Notes: generated by a model not told the origin, from the sequence alone. A stretch of DNA of 25,938 nucleotides from a virus (IMGVR_UViG_3300012664_000136:1-25938); one strand, 5' to 3'. Counted from the stretch's first letter, positions 17,656 through 24,254 are shown. A program made the numbers and translations.

Positions 17656-18033
17656 TTACTCTGTTTCGTATTCATTAAATACCTGCTGCATCTTAACAAT
17701 AATTTCTCTTAAGCAACTTGCACATGACGTTGGTTCTCTTCTTACATGGAAAACTCTGTTGTAAATGTTCAAGATAGCTTCTTGCTCTGTTGGTTTGATG
17801 CTTTGTTTGAATAGTACCTTAGATTCGTTTAGGTAGTTGTATTCGTCTTCTGTTAGGCATTCAGGCTTGTTGTAAGGAAACAATGCGTTCAGTTTCTCTT
17901 TACGTGCTTGACATCCGCAGTCATCTCCTGCTATGAACTTAACGAGTTTCTTGATACCAGTGACTTCTGTTATTTGCTCTATTGTATCTCCTAGTCCTTC
18001 TGCTTTCTTTCTTGGTGTTCGTGTTTTTGCCAT
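17656..18033 (-). CDS. Hypothetical protein with CGC and CxxC motifs (possible Zn binding)
   Basis: GLGDT, DCGC and SCASC motifs. Confidence 0.7.
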   Translation of the reverse strand: MAKTRTPRKKAEGLGDTIEQITEVTGIKKLVKFIAGDDCGCQARKEKLNALFPYNKPECLTEDEYNYLNESKVLFKQSIKPTEQEAILNIYNRVFHVRREPTSCASCLREIIVKMQQVFNEYETE

Positions 18034-18036
18034 TTG

Positions 18037-18561
18037 TTATTTTATTAGTTCAAAATCTTTGTTTAAATAATCGCTGTAGTCTTCTCCTACCGATTCCTGT
18101 AATCTTTTCTTACATCTCTTTAACGTATGGAATATTGATGTGTAATGTATTCCAGTAGCTTCTGCTATTTCTCGCATTGATAGTTCCGTTTTTCTGTACA
18201 AATCAAATAACATCTTGTCATAGTGATGCCATTTCTTCGTTTCTTGTTCAATCAAGTCATCAATTTTATTTATTGCTGTCTGACTCTCTAACGAATCTTC
18301 ATAGCTTAAACTATATATTGCATCTAAACTTACTTTTTCGTGTTTCTGTAGCCTTAAATGGTCTATGTATACGCTTCGTATAACTAACCACATCATGCTC
18401 CTGTTGATAGTCGTAGTAACAATCTTATCTATATGATTTAAACGAAGAATTTTCAGATATGTTTCTTGTACGATATCATCAGCGTAGAAGTATTCACCAA
18501 AAGTATTTACTACCTTGACCCAATCTTTATGATGATTTGTTAATAATGTGAGTTTATCCAT
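18037..18561 (-). CDS. ECF-type RNA polymerase sigma factor (probable late sigma)
   Basis: Region 2 ADDIVQETYLKI...YIDHLR; region 4 HTH LSMREIAEATGI...; 174 aa. Confidence 0.85.
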   Translation of the reverse strand: MDKLTLLTNHHKDWVKVVNTFGEYFYADDIVQETYLKILRLNHIDKIVTTTINRSMMWLVIRSVYIDHLRLQKHEKVSLDAIYSLSYEDSLESQTAINKIDDLIEQETKKWHHYDKMLFDLYRKTELSMREIAEATGIHYTSIFHTLKRCKKRLQESVGEDYSDYLNKDFELIK

Positions 18562-18576
18562 TGATTAAATTCTAAT

Positions 18577-18607
18577 CAAACTTACGATGAAAATCTAATC
18601 GAGTTGC
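18577..18607 (-). promoter_or_regulatory. Overlapping host-sigma -7 box (TAAGTTTG, 18577-18584) and ECF-type motif (GCAAC-N16-CGT) upstream of the sigma gene
   Basis: Matches the Bacteroidota TAnnTTTG consensus and the five-copy phage motif. Confidence 0.55.
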
Positions 18608-18625
18608 TAAAAAGTTTTCAACAAT

Positions 18626-18650
18626 AAAAAAGCCACCTGTTAAAGTGGCT
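18626..18650 (-). terminator. Intrinsic terminator ending the early/array operon
   Basis: AGCCACT-TTAACA-GGTGGCT hairpin followed by TTTTT. Confidence 0.7.
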
Positions 18651-18861
18651 CTAAATTGTTTAAGTAAATCTCTCTGCTGATGTAGTTATCTAACTTGACT
18701 ACTGTGCAAAGTGTTACATCTTTACCTTGTAAGAACTTGTCAATTTGGTACTGATGGAATCTGCCAGTGTTTGATTTTATCTCTTGAACGATTTGATTCC
18801 GTGTTTTGGTACGAAGCAACATCTCCAATTGCTTTCGCAATCCTACCTCATCAATGTACAT
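18640..18861 (-). CDS. Small HTH-like (Cro/XRE-like) protein
   Basis: 73 aa; QYQIDKFLQGKDVTL-x-TVVKL resembles an XRE-type recognition helix and the helix after it. Confidence 0.5.
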   Translation of the reverse strand: MYIDEVGLRKQLEMLLRTKTRNQIVQEIKSNTGRFHQYQIDKFLQGKDVTLCTVVKLDNYISREIYLNNLEPL

Positions 18862-19292
18862 TAGAAGGGAAGCCCATCATCGTCCATTGAATCAGATACT
18901 GGAACTCTTTCCATTTTTTCAGGTGCAACATAAGGTTCTGAAAAAGCTGCAGAGAAGAAGCTGCCTGCTTTACCTTGCTTTACCCATAAGGCTACTTCCA
19001 TTTCTTTGCCGTTTACGTTTACCTTTCCTTTGTAATCGGGATGTGTGTCTTTAATCTTGTTCGTGTTTTTGAAGATTGCCCCCGTGTTTAACTTGTTTTC
19101 CATTGTATATTTATTTAATTGTTTACGTTTAAAATCCCTTATTTCTTGCTTTCCATTGTATCTTGCATTAATAATCTGCTTCTTATGCATTTCTTTGGCT
19201 TGTTCCCAACATTTTCTATTGTGTTCAAGGTCTTCTTCGTCATATGGAGTTGGTATTAACTCCTTCTGCAACCATTCTACTGTTGTTTTCAT
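18861..19292 (-). CDS. Array-family unit fused in frame to an SSB/DUF736-like protein (internal start at 19103)
   Basis: N-terminal MKTTVEW...QAKEM; C-terminal 80 aa GAIFKN...HPDYKG...ALW with an acidic DDDGLPF tail typical of SSBs. Confidence 0.7.
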   Translation of the reverse strand: MKTTVEWLQKELIPTPYDEEDLEHNRKCWEQAKEMHKKQIINARYNGKQEIRDFKRKQLNKYTMENKLNTGAIFKNTNKIKDTHPDYKGKVNVNGKEMEVALWVKQGKAGSFFSAAFSEPYVAPEKMERVPVSDSMDDDGLPF

Positions 19293-19738
19293 TGTTCTTG
19301 TTGTTTAAATTTCTCATTATAATACTCAATACCACTCTCAAAATCTTCTCCCGTCTTTTTGGAGTAGAAGTAGTTGTGTTCTCCATCTTCAAATGCTTGA
19401 GCAAAATAACTCATTTCAAGGTCTTTTGCTTCTTGTATTTCCTTGCTAAATAATTCAACAATTTTTGAATCATAGTTTCTTAATAAATCAACCATTAGAT
19501 GTATTGGAGTTTTTACTTTACCTGATTTTCCATTATTCATTGCTATTTCTTTAAACATTTCACATTCTCCTCTAAAAGATATTTCTTGAGTACCAAAATT
19601 GTATTTATCATAAACTTGACAAGCAAACTCAATCTTTTCTTGTTGCTCTTTCACTCTAGCTGTTTCATATACATCTAAAAAATCATTTGGTATAATGTGT
19701 TTGATTTCATCATAAAACCATTCTACTGTTGTTTTCAT
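19289..19738 (-). CDS. Array-family protein (two tandem units)
   Basis: MKTTVEWF start, an internal second QEAKDLE...AFEDG unit, and an EYYNEKFKQQEQ end. Confidence 0.8.
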   Translation of the reverse strand: MKTTVEWFYDEIKHIIPNDFLDVYETARVKEQQEKIEFACQVYDKYNFGTQEISFRGECEMFKEIAMNNGKSGKVKTPIHLMVDLLRNYDSKIVELFSKEIQEAKDLEMSYFAQAFEDGEHNYFYSKKTGEDFESGIEYYNEKFKQQEQ

Positions 19739-19756
19739 TGTTCTTGTTGTTTAGTT

Positions 19757-20140
19757 TTAAATTGCATATTTCCATCCAAATCTACCCGCTGTGTTTGCTT
19801 CATGATTGCAGCATCTATTGATATTAGCTACTTCAACTTTATTCTTTACTGAAGCTATAGTAGCTGAATCATAGCTGCATATGTAAACTCCTTCATAGTA
19901 TTTATGAATAGGCTTTACATGGTGTTGAGTGCAATTACTTACATCTCCTATTTTATTGATGATTCTTTTTTTGCCTTTTACTTCTCTAAATTGCATATTG
20001 ATAGTAGTTAAAACACTTCCATTAAGGCAATTATTTAAAGAGCCTTGTGGTATATCAAGCTGTTTTTCAAGTTCTACTATTGTTTTTACAATATGTACTT
20101 CTAATAAATGTCCTTCAAGGTCATACATTGCTATTTTCAT
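19757..20140 (-). CDS. Protein with two NUMOD1-like DNA-binding repeats and no nuclease domain
   Basis: IAMYDLEG-x-LL...SLNNCLNG and YDSATIAS...NINRCC...TAGRFGWKY. Confidence 0.7.
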   Translation of the reverse strand: MKIAMYDLEGHLLEVHIVKTIVELEKQLDIPQGSLNNCLNGSVLTTINMQFREVKGKKRIINKIGDVSNCTQHHVKPIHKYYEGVYICSYDSATIASVKNKVEVANINRCCNHEANTAGRFGWKYAI

Positions 20141-20343
20141 TGTTCTTGTTGTTTAAAGGTTTCGTTATAATATTCTTCGTTTCTCCAAGCATTTTGGTCA
20201 AAGCAACCCTCATGAAAAGCATTCATAATCTGCTCCTTCTCCATTTCTTTGGCTTGATTAATTTCATTGACATGAGTAATAATAAAATCATCACTATCAT
20301 ATTTAGAGTTTAATTGTTCGATAAACCATTCTACTGCTGTCAT
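20137..20343 (-). CDS. Array-family protein
   Basis: MTAVEWF...QAKEMEKEQI...EEYYNETFKQQEQ. Confidence 0.8.
   Translation of the reverse strand: MTAVEWFIEQLNSKYDSDDFIITHVNEINQAKEMEKEQIMNAFHEGCFDQNAWRNEEYYNETFKQQEQ
20226..20340. repeat. 115-bp near-identical duplicate of 21466-21580
   Basis: Direct comparison gives 2 mismatches (20271/21511 and 20297/21537), offset 1240 bp. Confidence 0.95.
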
Positions 20344-20344
20344 A

Positions 20345-20737
20345 TTATTCTGATTTAAGTTTTAAAATTATGCATCCATTTTCATCTAAGCAAGGCTTAT
20401 AGATTTCTGAATCTTCTTCTTCGTCAAGCTTTGAAGCCCACCAATCTTTGTGATTATCATCATTAGTTTTTGATACACATTTAGTTTTGTTAATATCACA
20501 TTTACCATCCGTATCAAAACAACAATTGTTGCAACTTCTGTTAGAGTAGTCTTGTTCCAACTCAACTTTAACATTCAATACAGGGAAGACTTCATCATTA
20601 GATTCTTTTTGTTGTTCAATTTCTTGACAGTTTTTTGCAGATAATCTTGCATAAGGTGCATTCTCAGTTGTTGCATATATAATGTCGTTTACCGTTAGTA
20701 CCCAACCATTTTTTACTTTAATTAATATTCCTTCCAT
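20345..20737 (-). CDS. Hypothetical array cargo protein with Cys cluster
   Basis: 130 aa, C-x-x-CC...C...C, ends in KSE. Confidence 0.75.
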   Translation of the reverse strand: MEGILIKVKNGWVLTVNDIIYATTENAPYARLSAKNCQEIEQQKESNDEVFPVLNVKVELEQDYSNRSCNNCCFDTDGKCDINKTKCVSKTNDDNHKDWWASKLDEEEDSEIYKPCLDENGCIILKLKSE

Positions 20738-20738
20738 T

Positions 20739-21326
20739 TTATTTTGATTTAAAGGTTATTTTTGTTTTTACATAACTGCTATTACTATGTATTTCATAAC
20801 TATTTAATTTTTCTTGTTGTTTAAAAGTTTGGTTGTAGTATTCTTCCCCATTTTCAAAATTACCAATACATCTATGGTGGTCATAGGCATCTATAATTTT
20901 TTGCTTCTCCATTTCTTTGGCTTGTTCAAAAACTTTAGTATTTTTTATATCTTGATTTACAAATACTTTTTCAATCTCATCAACCAACCATTCTACTGCT
21001 GTCTTCATTGTTTTTTGTTTAGCTTCTTCTTGTGGAATAATGATTTTGTAAATCCTTTGACCAAATTTTTGAACTTCAATTTTCTCACAACTTAGATTCT
21101 TAACAAACCATTCAAGGAACTCATCGTCAATAGCTTGTACACCATTTTTGATTAAATCTTGGTTTGTTGTTAGGATGATTTTATTATATCTACCTCCAAA
21201 ATCCCAAAAGAAATCAGGAGTAACTAAAGTTGGTTGCTCATTATTTCTAATCATCCAATCACCCTCTTTAATTTCTTCATCAGCAGTGATGTAGATATGA
21301 TTTGGTAATACATGTATGTTTTTCAT
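20739..21326 (-). CDS. Fusion of a cargo protein (MKNIH...EEIKEGDW...KIILTT) and an array-family unit (internal MKTAVEW at 21008)
   Basis: Internal degenerate junction repeat at 21005-21020; the second half carries all family motifs. Confidence 0.8.
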   Translation of the reverse strand: MKNIHVLPNHIYITADEEIKEGDWMIRNNEQPTLVTPDFFWDFGGRYNKIILTTNQDLIKNGVQAIDDEFLEWFVKNLSCEKIEVQKFGQRIYKIIIPQEEAKQKTMKTAVEWLVDEIEKVFVNQDIKNTKVFEQAKEMEKQKIIDAYDHHRCIGNFENGEEYYNQTFKQQEKLNSYEIHSNSSYVKTKITFKSK

Positions 21327-21586
21327 TGTTCTTGTTGTTTAAAGGTTTCGTTTTTTATTCCTTCTAAAGCGGATAATACGCCACCTAAATATATTACATC
21401 TTTAAGTGATGATGCTTTACTTTGTAATTCTTCAAATTTTTCAATTGCCTTTTGTATTTTAGCATTAATCTGCTCCTTCTCCATTTCTTTGGCTTGATTA
21501 ATTTCATTGATATGAGTAATAATAAAATCATCACTACCATATTTAGAGTTTAATTGTTCGATAAACCATTCTACTGCTGTTTTCAT
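21323..21586 (-). CDS. Array-family protein
   Basis: MKTAVEWF...QAKEMEKEQI...NETFKQQEQ. Confidence 0.8.
   Translation of the reverse strand: MKTAVEWFIEQLNSKYGSDDFIITHINEINQAKEMEKEQINAKIQKAIEKFEELQSKASSLKDVIYLGGVLSALEGIKNETFKQQEQ
21466..21580. repeat. 115-bp near-identical duplicate of 20226-20340
   Basis: Two mismatches relative to the other copy. Confidence 0.95.
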
Positions 21587-21602
21587 TGTTCTTGTTGTTT
21601 AG

Positions 21603-21857
21603 TTATGAAATCCAATCTGTATGTATTGTAATAATACCATTATCAATACTTTCAGCACTTGCGCCTAAAAAAGTTAATGGTTGACCTTCAACATAAGAAA
21701 AATTGTAGTATTCATAAGTATTTGAACACTCTTCATATCGCTCTACAATAACTTCACCCGTTTCTTTATTTTGGTAGTAGTTGTTATTGTATGAAGAAAG
21801 TATTTCTAAGCAAACATAATCCGCTCTGTCTAGTATGATTTCTTCTGTCTCTTTCAT
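21603..21857 (-). CDS. Hypothetical array cargo protein (acidic, Tyr-rich)
   Basis: Its ATG lies in the repeat; it stops 2 nt before the next repeat. Confidence 0.75.
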   Translation of the reverse strand: MKETEEIILDRADYVCLEILSSYNNNYYQNKETGEVIVERYEECSNTYEYYNFSYVEGQPLTFLGASAESIDNGIITIHTDWIS

Positions 21858-22054
21858 TGTTCTTGTTGTTTAAAGGTTTGGTTGTAATATTCTTCTGCAT
21901 CTTCATCAGAACACGGATGCAAATCTGCTTTGTATGCCATTTCTATCTGCTCTTTCTCTATTTCTTTGGCTTCTTTAAATAACTTTAAGTCTTCATTAGT
22001 TAACATGTTATTCTCCCAAAGTTTTGCTTGTAATCTTTCTACTGCTGTTCTCAT
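21854..22054 (-). CDS. Array-family protein
   Basis: MRTAVERL...EAKEIEKEQI...EEYYNQTFKQQEQ. Confidence 0.8.
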   Translation of the reverse strand: MRTAVERLQAKLWENNMLTNEDLKLFKEAKEIEKEQIEMAYKADLHPCSDEDAEEYYNQTFKQQEQ

Positions 22055-22299
22055 TGTTCTTGTTGTTTAGTTAATAAAGATTTTTCTAATTTATCCGCTA
22101 ACTGCTGTGCGTTTTTTACGACTTCTCCTGCAATTAACTTTAAGTATGGCTTAGACATTTCATCAGTTACTTTGACTGAAAACGATTCAAATTCATCATT
22201 TTGAAATTCAATCTTACCTTCATATCTATCCTCTGTTTTGTTGAAAGAGTAACCTTGTTTAAACTCAAGAGTTATCTTTTTTAATTTCCATTCACTCAT
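22051..22299 (-). CDS. Hypothetical array cargo protein
   Basis: Body unrelated to the family; ends TKQQEQ. Confidence 0.75.
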   Translation of the reverse strand: MSEWKLKKITLEFKQGYSFNKTEDRYEGKIEFQNDEFESFSVKVTDEMSKPYLKLIAGEVVKNAQQLADKLEKSLLTKQQEQ

Positions 22300-22577
22300 T
22301 GTTCTTGTTGTTTAGTTTCAATTCGTTTTTTATACCCATTACAAATATCAAGAATGAAATCCATTCTATCTTCTTCAGAATCGAATCCAGTCATCATTTC
22401 ATCTAATGTATCTTTTAAAATAGCAACTTGACTTTCAATTGATTCGTGTTTTTGTCTTTTATCAATTTTTTCTGCTTGTTCAAATATTTGGTCAAAGGTC
22501 ATATTTTCATACCAATACTCATCGCACATTAATTTCTCTTTAATATACTCTACTGCTGATAATTTTTCTTTTTTCAT
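22296..22577 (-). CDS. Divergent array-family protein
   Basis: SAVEYI...IFEQAEKIDK; ends TKQQEQ. Confidence 0.75.
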   Translation of the reverse strand: MKKEKLSAVEYIKEKLMCDEYWYENMTFDQIFEQAEKIDKRQKHESIESQVAILKDTLDEMMTGFDSEEDRMDFILDICNGYKKRIETKQQEQ

Positions 22578-22596
22578 TGTTCTTGTTATTTAAATG

Positions 22597-22830
22597 TTAA
22601 TTAATTTTTTCGCTTTTGTATTCTCTAACAACGTCCATATATTCGTCTTTCAGTCGTTCCAAGTAAAGTACAAAGTCCATAGCTTCTTCTTGTGCGTGTG
22701 TAAGCCATTCTAACGTGCTTAAATCGGTTCTTTCTAACGTTGTGTTGTACTTGGTTATTCCGACTTGCGAACGTTCGCTGAATCGACTAAGAACACGCAG
22801 AACAATCTTATCTTCTATTTGCTGATTCAT
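22597..22830 (-). CDS. Hypothetical phage protein (helical, EE-x-x-D motif reminiscent of all-alpha NTP pyrophosphatases)
   Basis: G-x-x-KY-x-TTL and WL-x-HAQEEAMDF-x-LY; function uncertain. Confidence 0.65.
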   Translation of the reverse strand: MNQQIEDKIVLRVLSRFSERSQVGITKYNTTLERTDLSTLEWLTHAQEEAMDFVLYLERLKDEYMDVVREYKSEKIN

Positions 22831-23036
22831 ATTTCGTTTTTTAGTTGTTTAACATATTTACTTGCATTATTTCCAAATCCATTAGTTTCAAAATTAGTAC
22901 CATCGAAATATGCTTGTTCTAATTGTTGCGTTTCATATTTTTGTGCTTTATCCCATAACATTGAATTATGTTCAAAATCAGCTTCTGAAATCGGCTCTGA
23001 AATTAAGTTGTTTAATAACCATTCTAATACACTCAT
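22827..23036 (-). CDS. Divergent array-family protein (start reassigned to MSVLEWLL at 23036)
   Basis: ATGA overlap with the exonuclease stop; similar to the N-terminus of 18861-19292. Confidence 0.7.
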   Translation of the reverse strand: MSVLEWLLNNLISEPISEADFEHNSMLWDKAQKYETQQLEQAYFDGTNFETNGFGNNASKYVKQLKNEI

Positions 23037-23704
23037 AAGAAATTTATTAAGGTGTTGTAATACTCTCTGCAAAGCTCTACCTGTTCTTTGATTCTTTCAA
23101 TCACTGCTTCGTCTTTCTGTACATAAAAGACTTTCACACGTCGATTCTTTGGAATGTGTGAGAAGATATGCTTCTTCTGTATTTCGTCTCGTAAGTCTAA
23201 ACTTTCTTCCATTAGGTTTAACTTCCAATGGGTACGTCTAATCTCATCCTCAACCATTAACTCAGGTGTGTCAACTAAGCAATAACATAGCATTGATTGT
23301 TGTTTACCTGTTAGCCACATATATCCTTGCAGTTGGTAGAAGTAATCCTTTGTAGGTATTTCAGTTTCAAAGAATGGAAAGGTAGAACCATCCCAAGAGC
23401 TTTTAACGTCTAACAATACTTCTTCCGTGTTTACATCAGGTGTTCCTGTAATCCAATCATTTTGATAGTGTTCTTCGTTCTTGTAAATGAATCCAACGTC
23501 AAGCACTTCGTTTACTAGGTTGATAGATTCGTTTTCAACTTCGTTTCCTTTGTCTGTGTAACGTGAACTGAACTCTTTTCTGATTCCGTATTTATCTTGT
23601 AAGACTAATTCGTGGATATAAGTCTTTGCAGTTTGACTAAGCAACTCCGATTTGTTTCTCGGACTACTCATAATCTTTCCTATAGCAGAGCATCTAACTT
23701 TCAT
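23033..23704 (-). CDS. YqaJ/lambda-type recombination exonuclease
   Basis: RCSA, G-x-x-x-E, GTPD...DVKS (PD-D/ExK) and YFYQLQGYM motifs. Confidence 0.85.
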   Translation of the reverse strand: MKVRCSAIGKIMSSPRNKSELLSQTAKTYIHELVLQDKYGIRKEFSSRYTDKGNEVENESINLVNEVLDVGFIYKNEEHYQNDWITGTPDVNTEEVLLDVKSSWDGSTFPFFETEIPTKDYFYQLQGYMWLTGKQQSMLCYCLVDTPELMVEDEIRRTHWKLNLMEESLDLRDEIQKKHIFSHIPKNRRVKVFYVQKDEAVIERIKEQVELCREYYNTLINFL

Positions 23705-24219
23705 AGTGCGTTCAATATATCGATTTGACCATCTGTTAACTGAAATTTGCTTTCTAAAGACTCACGTGTTATCTTTCCTTCCGTTACTGCTTTGACTGCG
23801 TCTTGGAATCTCTTAGCGTCTAAGGTTTGTTTCTTTGGTTCGTTTTTTACTTGCTCTCCTCCTGCATCAGTATCTTTGTCTGTAACTAATCCGAGCATTG
23901 CACTAATAGCATATCTGCGAATGTAAGTGATTGCAGAACCTAAAACTTGGAAGTCATTCATTCCTTTTAGTTGTACGTTTTGAGGAATAGTAGTTGAACT
24001 TTGGATTTGCTCTCCTGATTCTACGTGGAAGAGAATTGTTAATACATCTCCTTCGTTAATTAACTGAGTGAATCCTAATCCGTGTTTTTTTAGTAATGGA
24101 TTGATTACACTAAAGATTTTCGGTAAGTCAGAGTAGGAATATCCATAGCCTTGTGTTGCTTTGTGGATGACAGGAACTTCTTGTTGGAACGCAGCCAACG
24201 ACTTAAATAAATGTTTCAT
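23701..24219 (-). CDS. erf: ERF-family single-strand annealing protein
   Basis: YGYSYSDL, PLL-x-KHGL, GSAITYIRRYAISAMLGL and D-x-D motifs. Confidence 0.9.
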   Translation of the reverse strand: MKHLFKSLAAFQQEVPVIHKATQGYGYSYSDLPKIFSVINPLLKKHGLGFTQLINEGDVLTILFHVESGEQIQSSTTIPQNVQLKGMNDFQVLGSAITYIRRYAISAMLGLVTDKDTDAGGEQVKNEPKKQTLDAKRFQDAVKAVTEGKITRESLESKFQLTDGQIDILNAL

Positions 24220-24241
24220 AATAAATTGGTTTTTGTTTATA

Positions 24242-24249
24242 CAAAGATA
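24242..24249 (-). promoter_or_regulatory. Bacteroidota housekeeping-sigma -7 box (TATCTTTG) upstream of erf
   Basis: Matches TAnnTTTG, is intergenic, and lies 22 nt before the ATG. Confidence 0.6.
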
Positions 24250-24254
24250 TAACT

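Larger units (their letters stand above)
19289..22591 (-). repeat. Dispersed 18-nt direct repeat at gene junctions (AAACAACAAGAACAATGA)
   Basis: Perfect copies start (+ coordinates) at 19289, 19735, 20137, 21323, 21583, 21854, 22051 and 22296. A one-mismatch copy starts at 22574; degenerate copies lie at ~20805-20822 and 21005-21020. Confidence 0.97.

Noticed and set aside
17655-17699. Upstream start for ORF 17466-17699 (likewise 23037-23072 for ORF 22827)
   Set aside because: These overlap upstream genes; the downstream ATGs fit translational coupling and paralog alignment better.
18121-18145. Possible sixth ECF promoter inside the sigma gene (TAC-N16-CGTT)
   Set aside because: The -35 box is TAC rather than AAC, the ATCGT context is absent, and it lies in coding sequence; too weak to call.
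20226-21580. Diversity-generating retroelement TR/VR pair from the 115-bp duplication
   Set aside because: There are only two mismatches, with the adenine in a different copy each time; both copies are at gene 5' ends; no reverse transcriptase is in the window.
19289-22591. CRISPR array interpretation of the 18-nt repeats
   Set aside because: Intervals are hundreds of bp, irregular and fully protein coding; the repeat is short and non-palindromic; no cas genes are present.
19289-22591. Classical integron with attC sites
   Set aside because: No imperfect inverted repeats or RYYYAAC/GTTRRRY pairs at junctions, and no tyrosine integrase in the window.
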